Source of the DNA: an uncultured Fibrobacterota bacterium
GTDB taxonomy: Bacteria; Fibrobacterota; Chitinivibrionia; Chitinivibrionales; FEN-1185
Direction: 5' to 3'
NCBI GenBank assembly: GCA_963753345.1
Contig: CAVWBU010000049.1
Coordinates: 207,017 to 271,016 of the forward strand
DNA: 64,000 bases
Made by a program: the position numbers and the translations under genes
In this document: positions 42,464 through 52,218 of the stretch, piece by piece
How positions within the stretch are numbered: position 1 is the first letter of the stretch
Layout of the letters: the number at the start of each line of letters is the position of its first letter
The notes under the pieces: model-generated
Database searches by the model: none
The model's input: only the letters and a program-made list of their open reading frames with translations
Told to the model about the DNA's origin: nothing

Positions 42464-44031
42464 ATGAAAAGAACAGCAGCAGCGGGTCTGATGCTGGCAT
42501 TTTTCGCCTGGCCGGTTTTTTCCCAACCACTCTGCGTTGAGGGATTTGTTACCGATCAGAACGGACAACCCCTGCCCAACACGGAGGTCAGGTTGGGCCA
42601 GACAACCTATGACAATGGGTATGGGCAATCCCCCTACATAACGACAACCGGCAGCAACGGTTATTACTGGCTGGGAGAGGGAATTCTTTGCTGCGACCGG
42701 ATCGTCATCCCGAAAAGTACGCTTGCCCGGGGAGACGCCTTTTTGCAGCCCATCTACACGGGCGGAAAAGTCCTGTTTGGCCCTCCGGCGGGCGATGCGC
42801 TGGTGAGGATGAGCCTATACGATTTGTCCGGCCGGCTCGTGCGCGACGTGATGAACAAACGTCTTTCCAAAGGCGATTATTCCGTATCAATTGACACGCG
42901 CGGTATTTCTTCCCGGTTCTATCTGCTTCGGGTGACCATCAACGGCGCCGCTTTTGTCATGAAGCTGCAGCCCGCGTCGCGCCTGTCGGGAGGGGCGGTT
43001 GTCCAGAGTTCTCCCGGATTCGATACCCGGCTGGAAAAGCTCAGCGCGGCGGTTGATACCCTGCATGCCACCAAGCCCGGCTACACGATCGGCGTCACGC
43101 CGATAACCACCACGATGTGTGCGCGTTACGACTTCACCATGACAAAAAATACTACGTTCAATGGCGACACAAATGCCTTCTGGGGGGACACGAGCAAGTA
43201 TCCGAAGACGAGTCCGATTCAGTTCATTATTCTGAACCGGACCAACGGCGCGTTCCCGGACAGCAAGATTTTCTGGAGCAATCAGCAGAACGGAGCAAAA
43301 ACTTCTATCGCCACGCAATCCACGGTTCAGGATCCCCAACGGCGGCGGAAGGTTCTACATTTGGGTTGCTCCCAACGATTCAGGGAACCGATATTTCGAT
43401 ATTATTGAATTTAATTCTTCTGCAACGCACTTGGTCAGGCAATACCACCCGTGTGGATGGATGGAGGCTTCCGATAGCATTCCGGGTACATACCTCTATC
43501 GGCATAGATCCCACAATAGGTGACGTCTATGAAATGTTCTATCAGTCACGCCAGGCGAAGTTCGACGAATTCACAAACGAGGTGCCGAAGGAATTTACCG
43601 GTCTTGCCACCCAGGATTTTGCCCACATCTGGTCGCCCTATGCCTCGCCTGTCAATTATTTTGACACAGGCCGTGTATATGCAGACTACTTCGACAGGTA
43701 TCAGGATTCGGTCATAGCTCACAACCCCGGCGCACCTGCCAAAACGACTTCCTGGAACATTTTTGCGTGTAGAGGGTTTTCTTCACCTGATTATTCCGGG
43801 GCCTACAACAGGCACGTCGGAACGCTTCCTCAAGGCACCAATTTTGTGAACTGGCGCACCAACGACACGAGCTATTATTACCAGGCAGCGCCATGCAACT
43901 ACTTTTCAAAATGGTGTCACCTCAGGTCGTTGCACAATTTGTGCTACGGATTTCCTTACGACGACGGGAACCATTCGGCGTATATCCAACAGTACAATGT
44001 CCAGTGGGTGGCGATTGCGGTAGGGTGGTAA
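42464..44031 (+). CDS. GH64 beta-1,3-glucanase-like protein 2; frameshifts near 43331 and 43428
   Basis: Removing two single bases gives VQIPNGGGRFYIWVAPNDSGNRYFDIIEFNSSATTWSGNTTRVDGW; YGFPYDD..AVGW*. Confidence 0.8.
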
Positions 44032-44278
44032 ACGGTTGAGAAGCCGACGGTGATCTCAGAAGAACCACGGCATGATCCCGTGTTTCTTTTTTATTTCGAA
44101 CAGGTAAGAAGTATTTTTTAAAAAGGCTGATTGCTCGAAAAAAAACCGACGAAGTCCGGTTCCGCAGCGTATCTTTGTGACAGGAGCAAAGGCCTCGATT
44201 TCCCGAATCATGACGGATGGCATAGTAAAATTTACACGTTTAACAAGTTCTATTCACCAAAAAATGGGGGAGGGTGAA

Positions 44279-45898
44279 ATGAAAAGAACAGCAGTAGCGG
44301 GTCTGATGGCGGCGTTTTTCGCCGGGTCTGTTTTTTCCCAGACCGTCAACCTTTGCGGAGCGGTAACGGATCAGGGCGGGCAACCGCTCACCCATACCGT
44401 AATCAGACTCAGCACGACGACCTACGATAACGGCTATTGGGCCACGGCGCCCTATATGGCCGTTACCGACGCAAGCGGCCATTATCATATAGGGACCGGG
44501 ACCTGCATCGTCAACACCATTGTCCCGGGCACCCCTATGCGGGGCGAGGCCTTTTCGCAGCCGATGTATGTTGGCGGCAAGGTATTGTTCAGCCTCCCTC
44601 AAAGCAATGCGCCGGTGAGGATGAGCATATTTGACTTGTCCGGCCGGCTCGTACGCGACGTGATGAACAAAAATCTTTCCAAGGGCACCTATTCGGTGTC
44701 AATTGACACGCGCGGTATTTCTTCCCAGTTCTATCTGCTTCGGGTGACCATCAACGGTGCCGCATCGGTTATGAAGCTGCAGCCCGCGCTGCGCCTGACG
44801 GGCGGGGAAGTCGTTCAGAGCGTTTCCGGATTTGAGACCCGGCTGGAAAAGATGGCCGCGGTGGTGGACACCCTGCACGCCACCGAGCCCGGTTATACCC
44901 TCGGCGTCACGCCGATTGGCGCGCTGACGGGACAGTACGATTTCGTTTTGACAAAGAATAATACGTGGAACGGCGACAAGAACGCCTTCTGGGGCGACAC
45001 GAGCACGTATCCCAGGGCGGGCACTACGCCGATGTATGTCATGCTGAACAGGACCAACGGCAAATGGCCGGACAGCAAAATCGGCTGGACCACCACCAGA
45101 GGGGGTGCCACCACCCCCTTTTCACAAACTAACATGAAACCGCTCGGGGGCGGGCTGTTCATTTATATAGCTCCCACCGATTCAAATATGAGATATTTCG
45201 ATTTCCTTGAAGTAAATGGCGGCGGCGCCAGCTTTTTGGGCAACACCACCCGTGTTGACGGATGGAGGCTTCCCATCACGTTCCGGATCAAAACAACCGA
45301 CGGCAAAGACACCGTCATGGGCGACTCCTACTGGCTGTACTTCCAATCGCGCGAATCGAAATTCGCCGAATTTATCAATGAGGTTCCGAAGGAGTTCACC
45401 TGGGAGGCCACGCACGATTTCGCGAACATCTGGGCCCCGCATAAAATGGACCCCTTCCCCTTCCGGTCCACCGGACCCTATGGCGATTACTACAAACGGT
45501 ATCAGGATTCGGTCGTTAAAAACTATGTCAAGGACCCGCTCTGGGTGAATAAACCGGGCTACGGCGCACCCGCTAACGATCCCGGTCCCGAACCGGAAGT
45601 GACGCAGGCCGACGATGTTTTCGCCTGCGCCGGTGCGTTTGGCTCTTTACCCATTTGGGCGGCTGCCATGAACCGGCATGTCGCCCATCTGCCGCAAGGT
45701 GTTGACTGTTATAATTGGAGCTACGTCGATACCGCTAATTATTATACAGACGCACCTGCTAATTTCTATTCCCGCTGGTGTCATCGGCGAGCCATCAACG
45801 ACTACTGCTACGGCTTCCCCTATGATGACAATGGAGATCATGAGGCATACATTTCCATCGGCAACATCCAGTGGATGGCGGTAGCGATCGGGTGGTAG
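44279..45898 (+). CDS. GH64 beta-1,3-glucanase-like protein 3
   Basis: Signal peptide; YFDFLE..GNTTRVDGWRLP; AAMNRHV; NFYSRWCH..YGFPYDD. Confidence 0.87.
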   Translation: MKRTAVAGLMAAFFAGSVFSQTVNLCGAVTDQGGQPLTHTVIRLSTTTYDNGYWATAPYMAVTDASGHYHIGTGTCIVNTIVPGTPMRGEAFSQPMYVGGKVLFSLPQSNAPVRMSIFDLSGRLVRDVMNKNLSKGTYSVSIDTRGISSQFYLLRVTINGAASVMKLQPALRLTGGEVVQSVSGFETRLEKMAAVVDTLHATEPGYTLGVTPIGALTGQYDFVLTKNNTWNGDKNAFWGDTSTYPRAGTTPMYVMLNRTNGKWPDSKIGWTTTRGGATTPFSQTNMKPLGGGLFIYIAPTDSNMRYFDFLEVNGGGASFLGNTTRVDGWRLPITFRIKTTDGKDTVMGDSYWLYFQSRESKFAEFINEVPKEFTWEATHDFANIWAPHKMDPFPFRSTGPYGDYYKRYQDSVVKNYVKDPLWVNKPGYGAPANDPGPEPEVTQADDVFACAGAFGSLPIWAAAMNRHVAHLPQGVDCYNWSYVDTANYYTDAPANFYSRWCHRRAINDYCYGFPYDDNGDHEAYISIGNIQWMAVAIGW

Positions 45899-45917
45899 AA
45901 ATATCAAATAAAGATCT

Positions 45918-46082
45918 GGGCGTTTCCCCAAGAAAAGCCGCATGACAGTGCGGCTTTTCTTGGGGTCGGCCCTCCTTCCGGTCTCGGCCTTCGGCCTCGG
46001 GCCGCCTCGGCCCGATGGGCCCACAGGGCCGGGTCCGGGCGGCATCCCGCTATGGCGGGACCTCCAGTCCGGCCTAACGCAG
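45918..46082 (+). repeat. GGGCGTT(T)CCCC..CCTAACGC repeat module
   Basis: Same ends as 10507-10686 and 6381-6523; 17-bp perfect stem CCCCAAGAAAAGCCGCA/TGCGGCTTTTCTTGGGG. Confidence 0.75.
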
Positions 46083-46314
46083 GGCATAAGACACCGCCAC
46101 AATTGTCAATACTACCTCCGCTAACTGCGTGGTATTCTTCCTTGATCGCATCAACATGTGATCTGCTCACCACCGTTCTGCAATGGCAAGGGATTGCTCG
46201 AAAAAAAATGGCGAAGAATCCGTTCCGCAGCGTATCTTAGTGACAAGAGCGAGGGCATTGGTTTCCCGAACCATGACGGATGGCAAGTGAATTTTACACG
46301 TTTAACAAGTTCTA

Positions 46315-46476
46315 TTGAAGAACCCCGCAGCACCGCGACTGCGACAGCATACAACGCTACAGGAGCAGTCGCGACAGCGAACCTGCGGGGAATCTTCCAT
46401 CCCTATGGAAAGAAAACATACTTATAGTCGCTCGTATTCCCCGGAGCAAGCTCCGGGGAATACGCTCGCTGTGGGA
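46315..46476 (-). mobile_element. Two-hairpin miniature element, copy C (162 bp), in the leader of GH64 gene 4
   Basis: Close to copy A. The paralogous leader at 44243-44270 shows the empty site GTTCTA|TTCACCAAAAAATGGGG. Confidence 0.9.
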
Positions 46477-46502
46477 TTCACCAAAAAATGGGGGAGGGTG
46501 AA

Positions 46503-48080
46503 ATGAAAAGAACAGCAGTAGCGGGTCTGATGGCGGCGTTTTTCGTCTGGTCTGTCTTTTCCCAGACCGTCAACATTTGCGGAAAGGTGACTGACCCTTC
46601 TGGAAATCCCCTGACCCACACGGTGGTCAGGCTGGGCCAGGCAACGCAGGATTACGGTTTCGGGCCGATGCCGTATCTGGTAACTACGGACGCCAACGGC
46701 AATTACCAACTGGGATCAGGAAACTGCAACTTAGTAGGAGGCGTCATCCCGCGGAGCACGTTGCTGAGCGGCGATGCCTATCCAAAACCGGTATTCACGG
46801 GAGGAAAAGTGCTGTTCAGCGTGCTTCCGGATAAAGCCTGGGTGAAGATGAGCTTGTATGACCTGGCCGGCCGGTTCGTAAGAGTCGTGATGAACAGCGT
46901 ACAGACCAGGGGAAATTACTCCGTATCGATTGACATGCGCGGGATTTCGTCCCAGTATTATCTGCTTCGTGCAACCATCAACGGCGCGACAACCGTATTA
47001 AAATTCCGACCGCTTTCGCGGGCCCGAGGTGCAGGTATTGCCCAAAACGCTCCCGAATTTCAGCCAAGGCTTCAAAAACTCGCGGCCGTGAAGGACACGC
47101 TGCGCGCAACCGAGCCGGGCTACTCGATCGGAGTCACACCGATTGACACGTTGGCGGGGCATTACGATTTCGTTTTGACCAAGACCACCACCTGGACGGG
47201 CGATGCGGCCTCAATCGCCGCCTTCTGGGGGGACACGAGCACCTATCCCAAGAAGGGTTCGACTCCCCAGTATATAGTCCTGAACAGGACCAACGGCGCA
47301 TGGCCCGACGCCAAGATTTACTGGAGCCATGAGCAGGGCGGAACAAAGGTGCCGCTTACGCAAACGAATATGAAGGTACTCCAAAGCGAGCGGCTCTATA
47401 TTTATATCGCACCTTTGGATTCCCAATCCAGGTACTTCGATTTTCTCGAGGTCAATTCGAACGGCGTCAGTTGGGCCGGCAATACCACCAGGGTTGACGG
47501 ATGGAGACTTCCGATCGCCTTCAGGTTGAAAACCACCACCGGCATCGATACCATAATGGGCGATGAGTATGAAACGTTCTTTCAATCACGCCAGGCGAAA
47601 TTTGATGAATTTCTGAACGAGGTGCCGAAGGAATTCACCCCTCTCGCCACGGTGAATTTTGCCAATATCTATTCACCCCAGATGATGGCGGTCAATTATT
47701 ACAACACGGGCGGTGTGTATGCGACGTATTTCGACGAGTATCAGGACTCGGTTATCGCCCACAACCCCGGTGCACCCGCCAAAACGACTCCCTGGAACAT
47801 TTTGGCCTGCGCGGGTCCACTGGGCGCTTCGCCCGATTATTGCGCCGCCTACAACAGACACGTCGGAACCCTTCCGCAGGGTGCAAATTTCGCGAACTGG
47901 CGCACCAACGATTCCGCATTGTACTATCAGACGGCGCCATGCAACTATTTCTCGAGGTGGTGCCATCGCCGCGCGATAGACAATTTAACCTACGGGTTTG
48001 CCTATGACGACGACGGCGGCCATGAGTCGTACATGAATCCCGACAACGTTCAATGGATAGCGGTTGCGATAGGCTGGTAG
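46503..48080 (+). CDS. GH64 beta-1,3-glucanase-like protein 4
   Basis: YFDFLE..GNTTRVDGWRLP; NYFSRWCH..YGFAYDD..AIGW*. Confidence 0.87.
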   Translation: MKRTAVAGLMAAFFVWSVFSQTVNICGKVTDPSGNPLTHTVVRLGQATQDYGFGPMPYLVTTDANGNYQLGSGNCNLVGGVIPRSTLLSGDAYPKPVFTGGKVLFSVLPDKAWVKMSLYDLAGRFVRVVMNSVQTRGNYSVSIDMRGISSQYYLLRATINGATTVLKFRPLSRARGAGIAQNAPEFQPRLQKLAAVKDTLRATEPGYSIGVTPIDTLAGHYDFVLTKTTTWTGDAASIAAFWGDTSTYPKKGSTPQYIVLNRTNGAWPDAKIYWSHEQGGTKVPLTQTNMKVLQSERLYIYIAPLDSQSRYFDFLEVNSNGVSWAGNTTRVDGWRLPIAFRLKTTTGIDTIMGDEYETFFQSRQAKFDEFLNEVPKEFTPLATVNFANIYSPQMMAVNYYNTGGVYATYFDEYQDSVIAHNPGAPAKTTPWNILACAGPLGASPDYCAAYNRHVGTLPQGANFANWRTNDSALYYQTAPCNYFSRWCHRRAIDNLTYGFAYDDDGGHESYMNPDNVQWIAVAIGW

Positions 48081-48195
48081 CAGGCTGAGAAGCCTGCGGC
48101 GTTTTCCCGCAAAGAACCACGGCCTTTGGCCGTGGTTCTTTACTTTTGGGATACGAATAGCGGGATTGAAAGCGGCGACGCAGGTCCCGCTTCAC

Positions 48196-50025
48196 TCAGA
48201 CGGTTTTTTGATGAAATTCCTCCGCGACAACCCGGTTGCGGCCTTCATTCTTTGCCCTGTACAGCAATTCGTCAACCTTGGAAACGATGCTGTCGATGGT
48301 GAGGGTGCCCTTATCGGCCGATGGTTCCATGGAAAGAACGCCAAAGCTGGCCGTGACCCGCAGGTTATCATCAGGTGAGATAAAAACCTTTGTCTCAGTC
48401 GAGGTGCGAAAACGTTCCGCCACCGCCACGGCGCCCTTCATCGGGGTATTCGGCAATACGATCAAGAATTCTTCTCCGCCGTAACGCACGGCCCAATCGA
48501 TATCTTTACGGGTTGATCGAATGAGAATGGAACTGAATTCCTTGAGCACCAGGTCACCTTTGGCATGGCCGTGCTTATCGTTGATCTTTTTAAAATTGTC
48601 AAGATCACACATGACAATCGACAAGGGACCGCCGTAGCGCCGCAGTCTGGTAATCTCTTTGCCAAGATTGTCCACAAAATAACGCCGGTTAAAGCAATCG
48701 GTCAATTCATCGTGGACCGACAATTCATGCAGTTTTTCGTTGAGCGATCTCAGTTCCGATGTCCGCTCGTCAACCATGCGTTGCAGCCCGGTCCGGTGCT
48801 CAACCACCATCACGGCCATCCGATTAAAACTTCTTGCCAACGACCCCACCTCACCGCCGCTGTCATCCCAGGCCGGCACCGTGCCGTCTTCGGCAAACGT
48901 GTCGACCGCGGCGGTAAGTCTTCGTATCGGTTCGGCGATTGACCGGCTCAATACGTAGCTTCCGCCTATGGAGATGATAATCGCAATCAGGGCGAAAATC
49001 GCGGTCGTGTGAATGATATGGGTGATGCCGACAAAAATTTCTTTTTCAGGAACAGCCACGCCCGCGACCCAGTTTTTTTCGGTGAGCGGCGCCATGGCTG
49101 CATATTTGGCCGTCTTCTGGGCCTTAAAAACATAATGGGCCACCTGGACGCTTCGCGAGGAAATGCTTTGACGAAAAGCTGAATACACTTCGCCCAAATC
49201 AAGCGGCTCGATGGGTTTCTCGACAAATTGACGGGTGGAAGCGATCTCCGCCAATTGCGCCGAAGAAAGGGGAACGAGTGAATGATACGCCAATTCCGGT
49301 CTTGTATGGGTGAGAATTATTCCATCTTTGTTGATAATAAACGCGTCCTGCTCGCCGATTTTCATCTGTTCGACCCGGTTGGCCATTTCGGTGACGCGCA
49401 ATTTGAGGACCGCAATGCCGAGGATTTCCGACGATTCCTTGGCGGGATCGCGAAAAACCGGTGCTGAAAAGTAAACTCCGGGCTCTTTGCTGGTGAGGCC
49501 GATGCTCCAATCGCTCGCAAATGCCTTTCCCTTCATCGATTCCTTGAAGTAGCTGCGGACACGGTAATTGTTGCCGATAAATGTTCTGTCACTGGAAACC
49601 AGGCAGAGACCGGTTGTATCCATGAGATAAAATGCCGAGTACTCCGGGTTCATGGCGGTCTGGAGATCGAGCCAGGAGTTGAGGGCCTTAATTCTGGCGG
49701 GATCGTTTTTGCCTTTGACCAGAAAAGAGTTCATCTCGCTCAAACGCGTATATTGCTGAACCAGATTTCTGTGTACGGCAAGATACTTGTCTATCCTGGC
49801 AGCGAGTTTGCTTGAAGACGCTTTCAATTCGATGATTTTCCGGTCGGCCATGATCCGATGTTCGGTTGTTACCGTATAGACAGAAAACGCTATGATCGGA
49901 ATGGTTGCAATCAGAACAAAGGAAATCATCAGCCGCGTAAACAGGGAAAGCCGCCGCTTGAGCGGTTTGCCGGCTGCGCGCAGAGGCAGTTCGGTCTTCA
50001 ACGCTTCTGTTGACTCAGATTCCAT
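48196..50025 (-). CDS. Diguanylate cyclase with dCache sensor and HAMP domain
   Basis: Two TM segments, RSYFKE..YFSAPV Cache motifs, HAMP (GEVGSLARSFNRM), DLDNFKKIND.HGH.KGD, RYGGEEF. Confidence 0.93.
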   Translation of the reverse strand: MESESTEALKTELPLRAAGKPLKRRLSLFTRLMISFVLIATIPIIAFSVYTVTTEHRIMADRKIIELKASSSKLAARIDKYLAVHRNLVQQYTRLSEMNSFLVKGKNDPARIKALNSWLDLQTAMNPEYSAFYLMDTTGLCLVSSDRTFIGNNYRVRSYFKESMKGKAFASDWSIGLTSKEPGVYFSAPVFRDPAKESSEILGIAVLKLRVTEMANRVEQMKIGEQDAFIINKDGIILTHTRPELAYHSLVPLSSAQLAEIASTRQFVEKPIEPLDLGEVYSAFRQSISSRSVQVAHYVFKAQKTAKYAAMAPLTEKNWVAGVAVPEKEIFVGITHIIHTTAIFALIAIIISIGGSYVLSRSIAEPIRRLTAAVDTFAEDGTVPAWDDSGGEVGSLARSFNRMAVMVVEHRTGLQRMVDERTSELRSLNEKLHELSVHDELTDCFNRRYFVDNLGKEITRLRRYGGPLSIVMCDLDNFKKINDKHGHAKGDLVLKEFSSILIRSTRKDIDWAVRYGGEEFLIVLPNTPMKGAVAVAERFRTSTETKVFISPDDNLRVTASFGVLSMEPSADKGTLTIDSIVSKVDELLYRAKNEGRNRVVAEEFHQKTV

Positions 50026-50426
50026 GGGTATTATGTTTCTTCGCAATAGAAAATGATGGACAACTGCCGCGCTGTTGTGGAACACAATGAGAGAGAATCA
50101 GGAGATATAGTTCATTCTACCACTCACACGGTTTGTTGTCAATATCGGCAATTGGCCGCAAGTCTTGGGCACAACATTTTTCTGATGAAGAAGTCGGGGC
50201 AGCGCTTGCGTCGTTTCCAATAGGGGGACATATTAATGAGAGCGGTAAACAGATGACAAGTCATGAAACTGATAACGTCCGTTCGTGCTGAGCTTGTCGA
50301 AGCATGGACGGCCGCCGTTCGACTAGGCTCAGGGCGAACGGTTGCCATCTGTTTTCTGACCGGATTAATAACTGCGGAGGAACAAAGTGTGGCCCTTTAC
50401 ACAATGAGCATGTGCTATGGCGACGC

Positions 50427-51746
50427 CTATTTCAATTCGTACCGTGCTATCACAATGCCGCTCCCGGTTGCAAGCGAAGACAATGCGCTTGCGTCGCATC
50501 GTCCCGCATACAACGTTCTGCCCCGCATGTCGAACAATTCAATTCGTGTCGCATTGTGCGGCAGATTCATCAACAGCGTGTTCCTTGACAACATTGCCGT
50601 GACCGTATGCTTCCCCGGCGCCGGGACCGTTCGGCTGCCATTGTCATTGACCTTGGAGATGCCTTTGGTCACGAACTGGTAGAACTCGTTTCCCGCCATA
50701 AGGAAAGCGCCTTCGGTGTATTCGTCGTGGTTGGTCGGGCCAAAGCCGTTCGACGGCCCGCCGCCCACGCCTTGAGACCAGCCAGGAAGATTGGGGTGCG
50801 CGGGATCAACGCCCACACAGCCGATAAGACCTTCCCAGGCTTTTTTTGCGGGACCAAGATACGTGGCGGTGTCGATGATGCCGTTTCGCAATGCGTAAAA
50901 AAGTTCGTAGCAGAAAAAGCCGCTGCCGCTCGCTTCCTTGTTCCAGGCGGGCGTGAAGAGTTCGCTGCGCCACATGCCGTCGGTCTGGTTCTGCAGCGTT
51001 ATGAGTTCCGCGCAGGTCTCCCTGATTTTCTGTTCGAACCACGGCCGCCCCGGATGGCCGACCGGCAGGTACTGGTGAATCCTGCACGTCCCGCACACGC
51101 CCCAGCCGCAGCCGCGGCCCCACCACTGGCGGGTGACGCTTGTGTCGCTGCAATTGGAATTGAAAAGGTGGAATTTGATGTTGTAGTGGTGGTTTGCGTT
51201 CGTGCCCGCAAAATGATAAATCGAATCGTACATGACCGTGTCGTTGAGAATGAGCGCCGCGCGGGGGTAGCCCGGCGCAGCCATGTGATACTGGTCAACG
51301 ATGGGCCATTCAGCGTCACCGCATTTGTTGGGGCAAATCTGGTAGGTGTACCGGTTGAAATAAGCGAGCGCCGGACCCACATGCGGAAAATTCGCGGGTT
51401 GCGGGTCGGCAAGATAGGTTTCCAGATAGGCCTGATAACAGCAGATGTCGTCGTAGCTGGCGGCGAACGTGTCGGGCACCGCGGCGGCGGACAGCCACTT
51501 GTGGTAGTTTCCCCACGCCACGGTGCTGTCGAGGTACTGTTTGTCTTGTGTCAAGTTGTACAGAGCCATGATGCCCTCGAAATACGTTCCCACCTGCCAG
51601 CCGTTATAGAGCGTCGAATTAAGGCGTCCGCTTGCCACGCGCTTGCACATGTTCTTGATGCTGTCGGCAGCAAATTCCGGCTGCGCAAAGCTGATGTGGA
51701 AAAACAAAAGGGTCAGGAAAATGCATGCTATGCGCTTTATTTTCAT
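50427..51746 (-). CDS. GH88/GH105-like unsaturated glycuronyl hydrolase with C-terminal tail
   Basis: Signal peptide; DDIC, WGRGCGW, LQNQTDGMW, EASGSGFF, GAFLMAG; tail FDMRGR. Confidence 0.82.
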   Translation of the reverse strand: MKIKRIACIFLTLLFFHISFAQPEFAADSIKNMCKRVASGRLNSTLYNGWQVGTYFEGIMALYNLTQDKQYLDSTVAWGNYHKWLSAAAVPDTFAASYDDICCYQAYLETYLADPQPANFPHVGPALAYFNRYTYQICPNKCGDAEWPIVDQYHMAAPGYPRAALILNDTVMYDSIYHFAGTNANHHYNIKFHLFNSNCSDTSVTRQWWGRGCGWGVCGTCRIHQYLPVGHPGRPWFEQKIRETCAELITLQNQTDGMWRSELFTPAWNKEASGSGFFCYELFYALRNGIIDTATYLGPAKKAWEGLIGCVGVDPAHPNLPGWSQGVGGGPSNGFGPTNHDEYTEGAFLMAGNEFYQFVTKGISKVNDNGSRTVPAPGKHTVTAMLSRNTLLMNLPHNATRIELFDMRGRTLYAGRCDASALSSLATGSGIVIARYELK

Positions 51747-51871
51747 AGACCCTCCTGATTGACCTCTTCTCTGCGTTGTTGCCGAGCAATCCGCCATGCC
51801 ATTCCCGCCGCCTTCCCGCGGTCAGACCCACTCGTGAATATACGGTCTATTCCGCATTTTTAGTCATTGAA

Positions 51872-51984
51872 TAGCACAGCCCGCGCATTCCCCGCGACTT
51901 GGCGCGGGGTTAGCGGGCGAATATTTGTTATTCTATTTCCTTAGCTATGGGAGAATCCCCGCCACTTGGGGCGGGGTTCTTCAA
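51872..51984 (+). mobile_element. Two-hairpin miniature element, copy D (113 bp, minimal form)
   Basis: TGAA|TAGCACAGCCCGCGCATTCCCCGCG..GGGGCGGGGTTCTTCAA; nearly identical to copy B without its insertions. Confidence 0.87.
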
Positions 51985-52218
51985 TATGGCATTACCAGAT
52001 GGCATTACCAGCGCTGTGGCTTTTTGGCGGGCTTTGCCAGTTGTCCAACGCATATCGGGGAGTATAGGTCATGGTTCCGGTGCTTGACGTAAATAGGAAA
52101 AATGTCGAAAATGGCAAAATATAAATAGTCCTTGGATCGCCAACATGGTCCTGGCCCGGTGCAATCAAGAGAAAAAGAAAGCGAAGAACAGTATGGTTTC
52201 AGTTTCCAAGGAGAACCC

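Noticed and set aside
40500-48150. Integron cassette array
   Set aside because: No intI or attC structures; the units are paralogous duplicates with their own promoter motifs
51986-52011. 13-bp tandem duplication ATGGCATTACCAG next to element copy D
   Set aside because: Both copies lie on one side of the element, so it is not a target-site duplication; probably slippage
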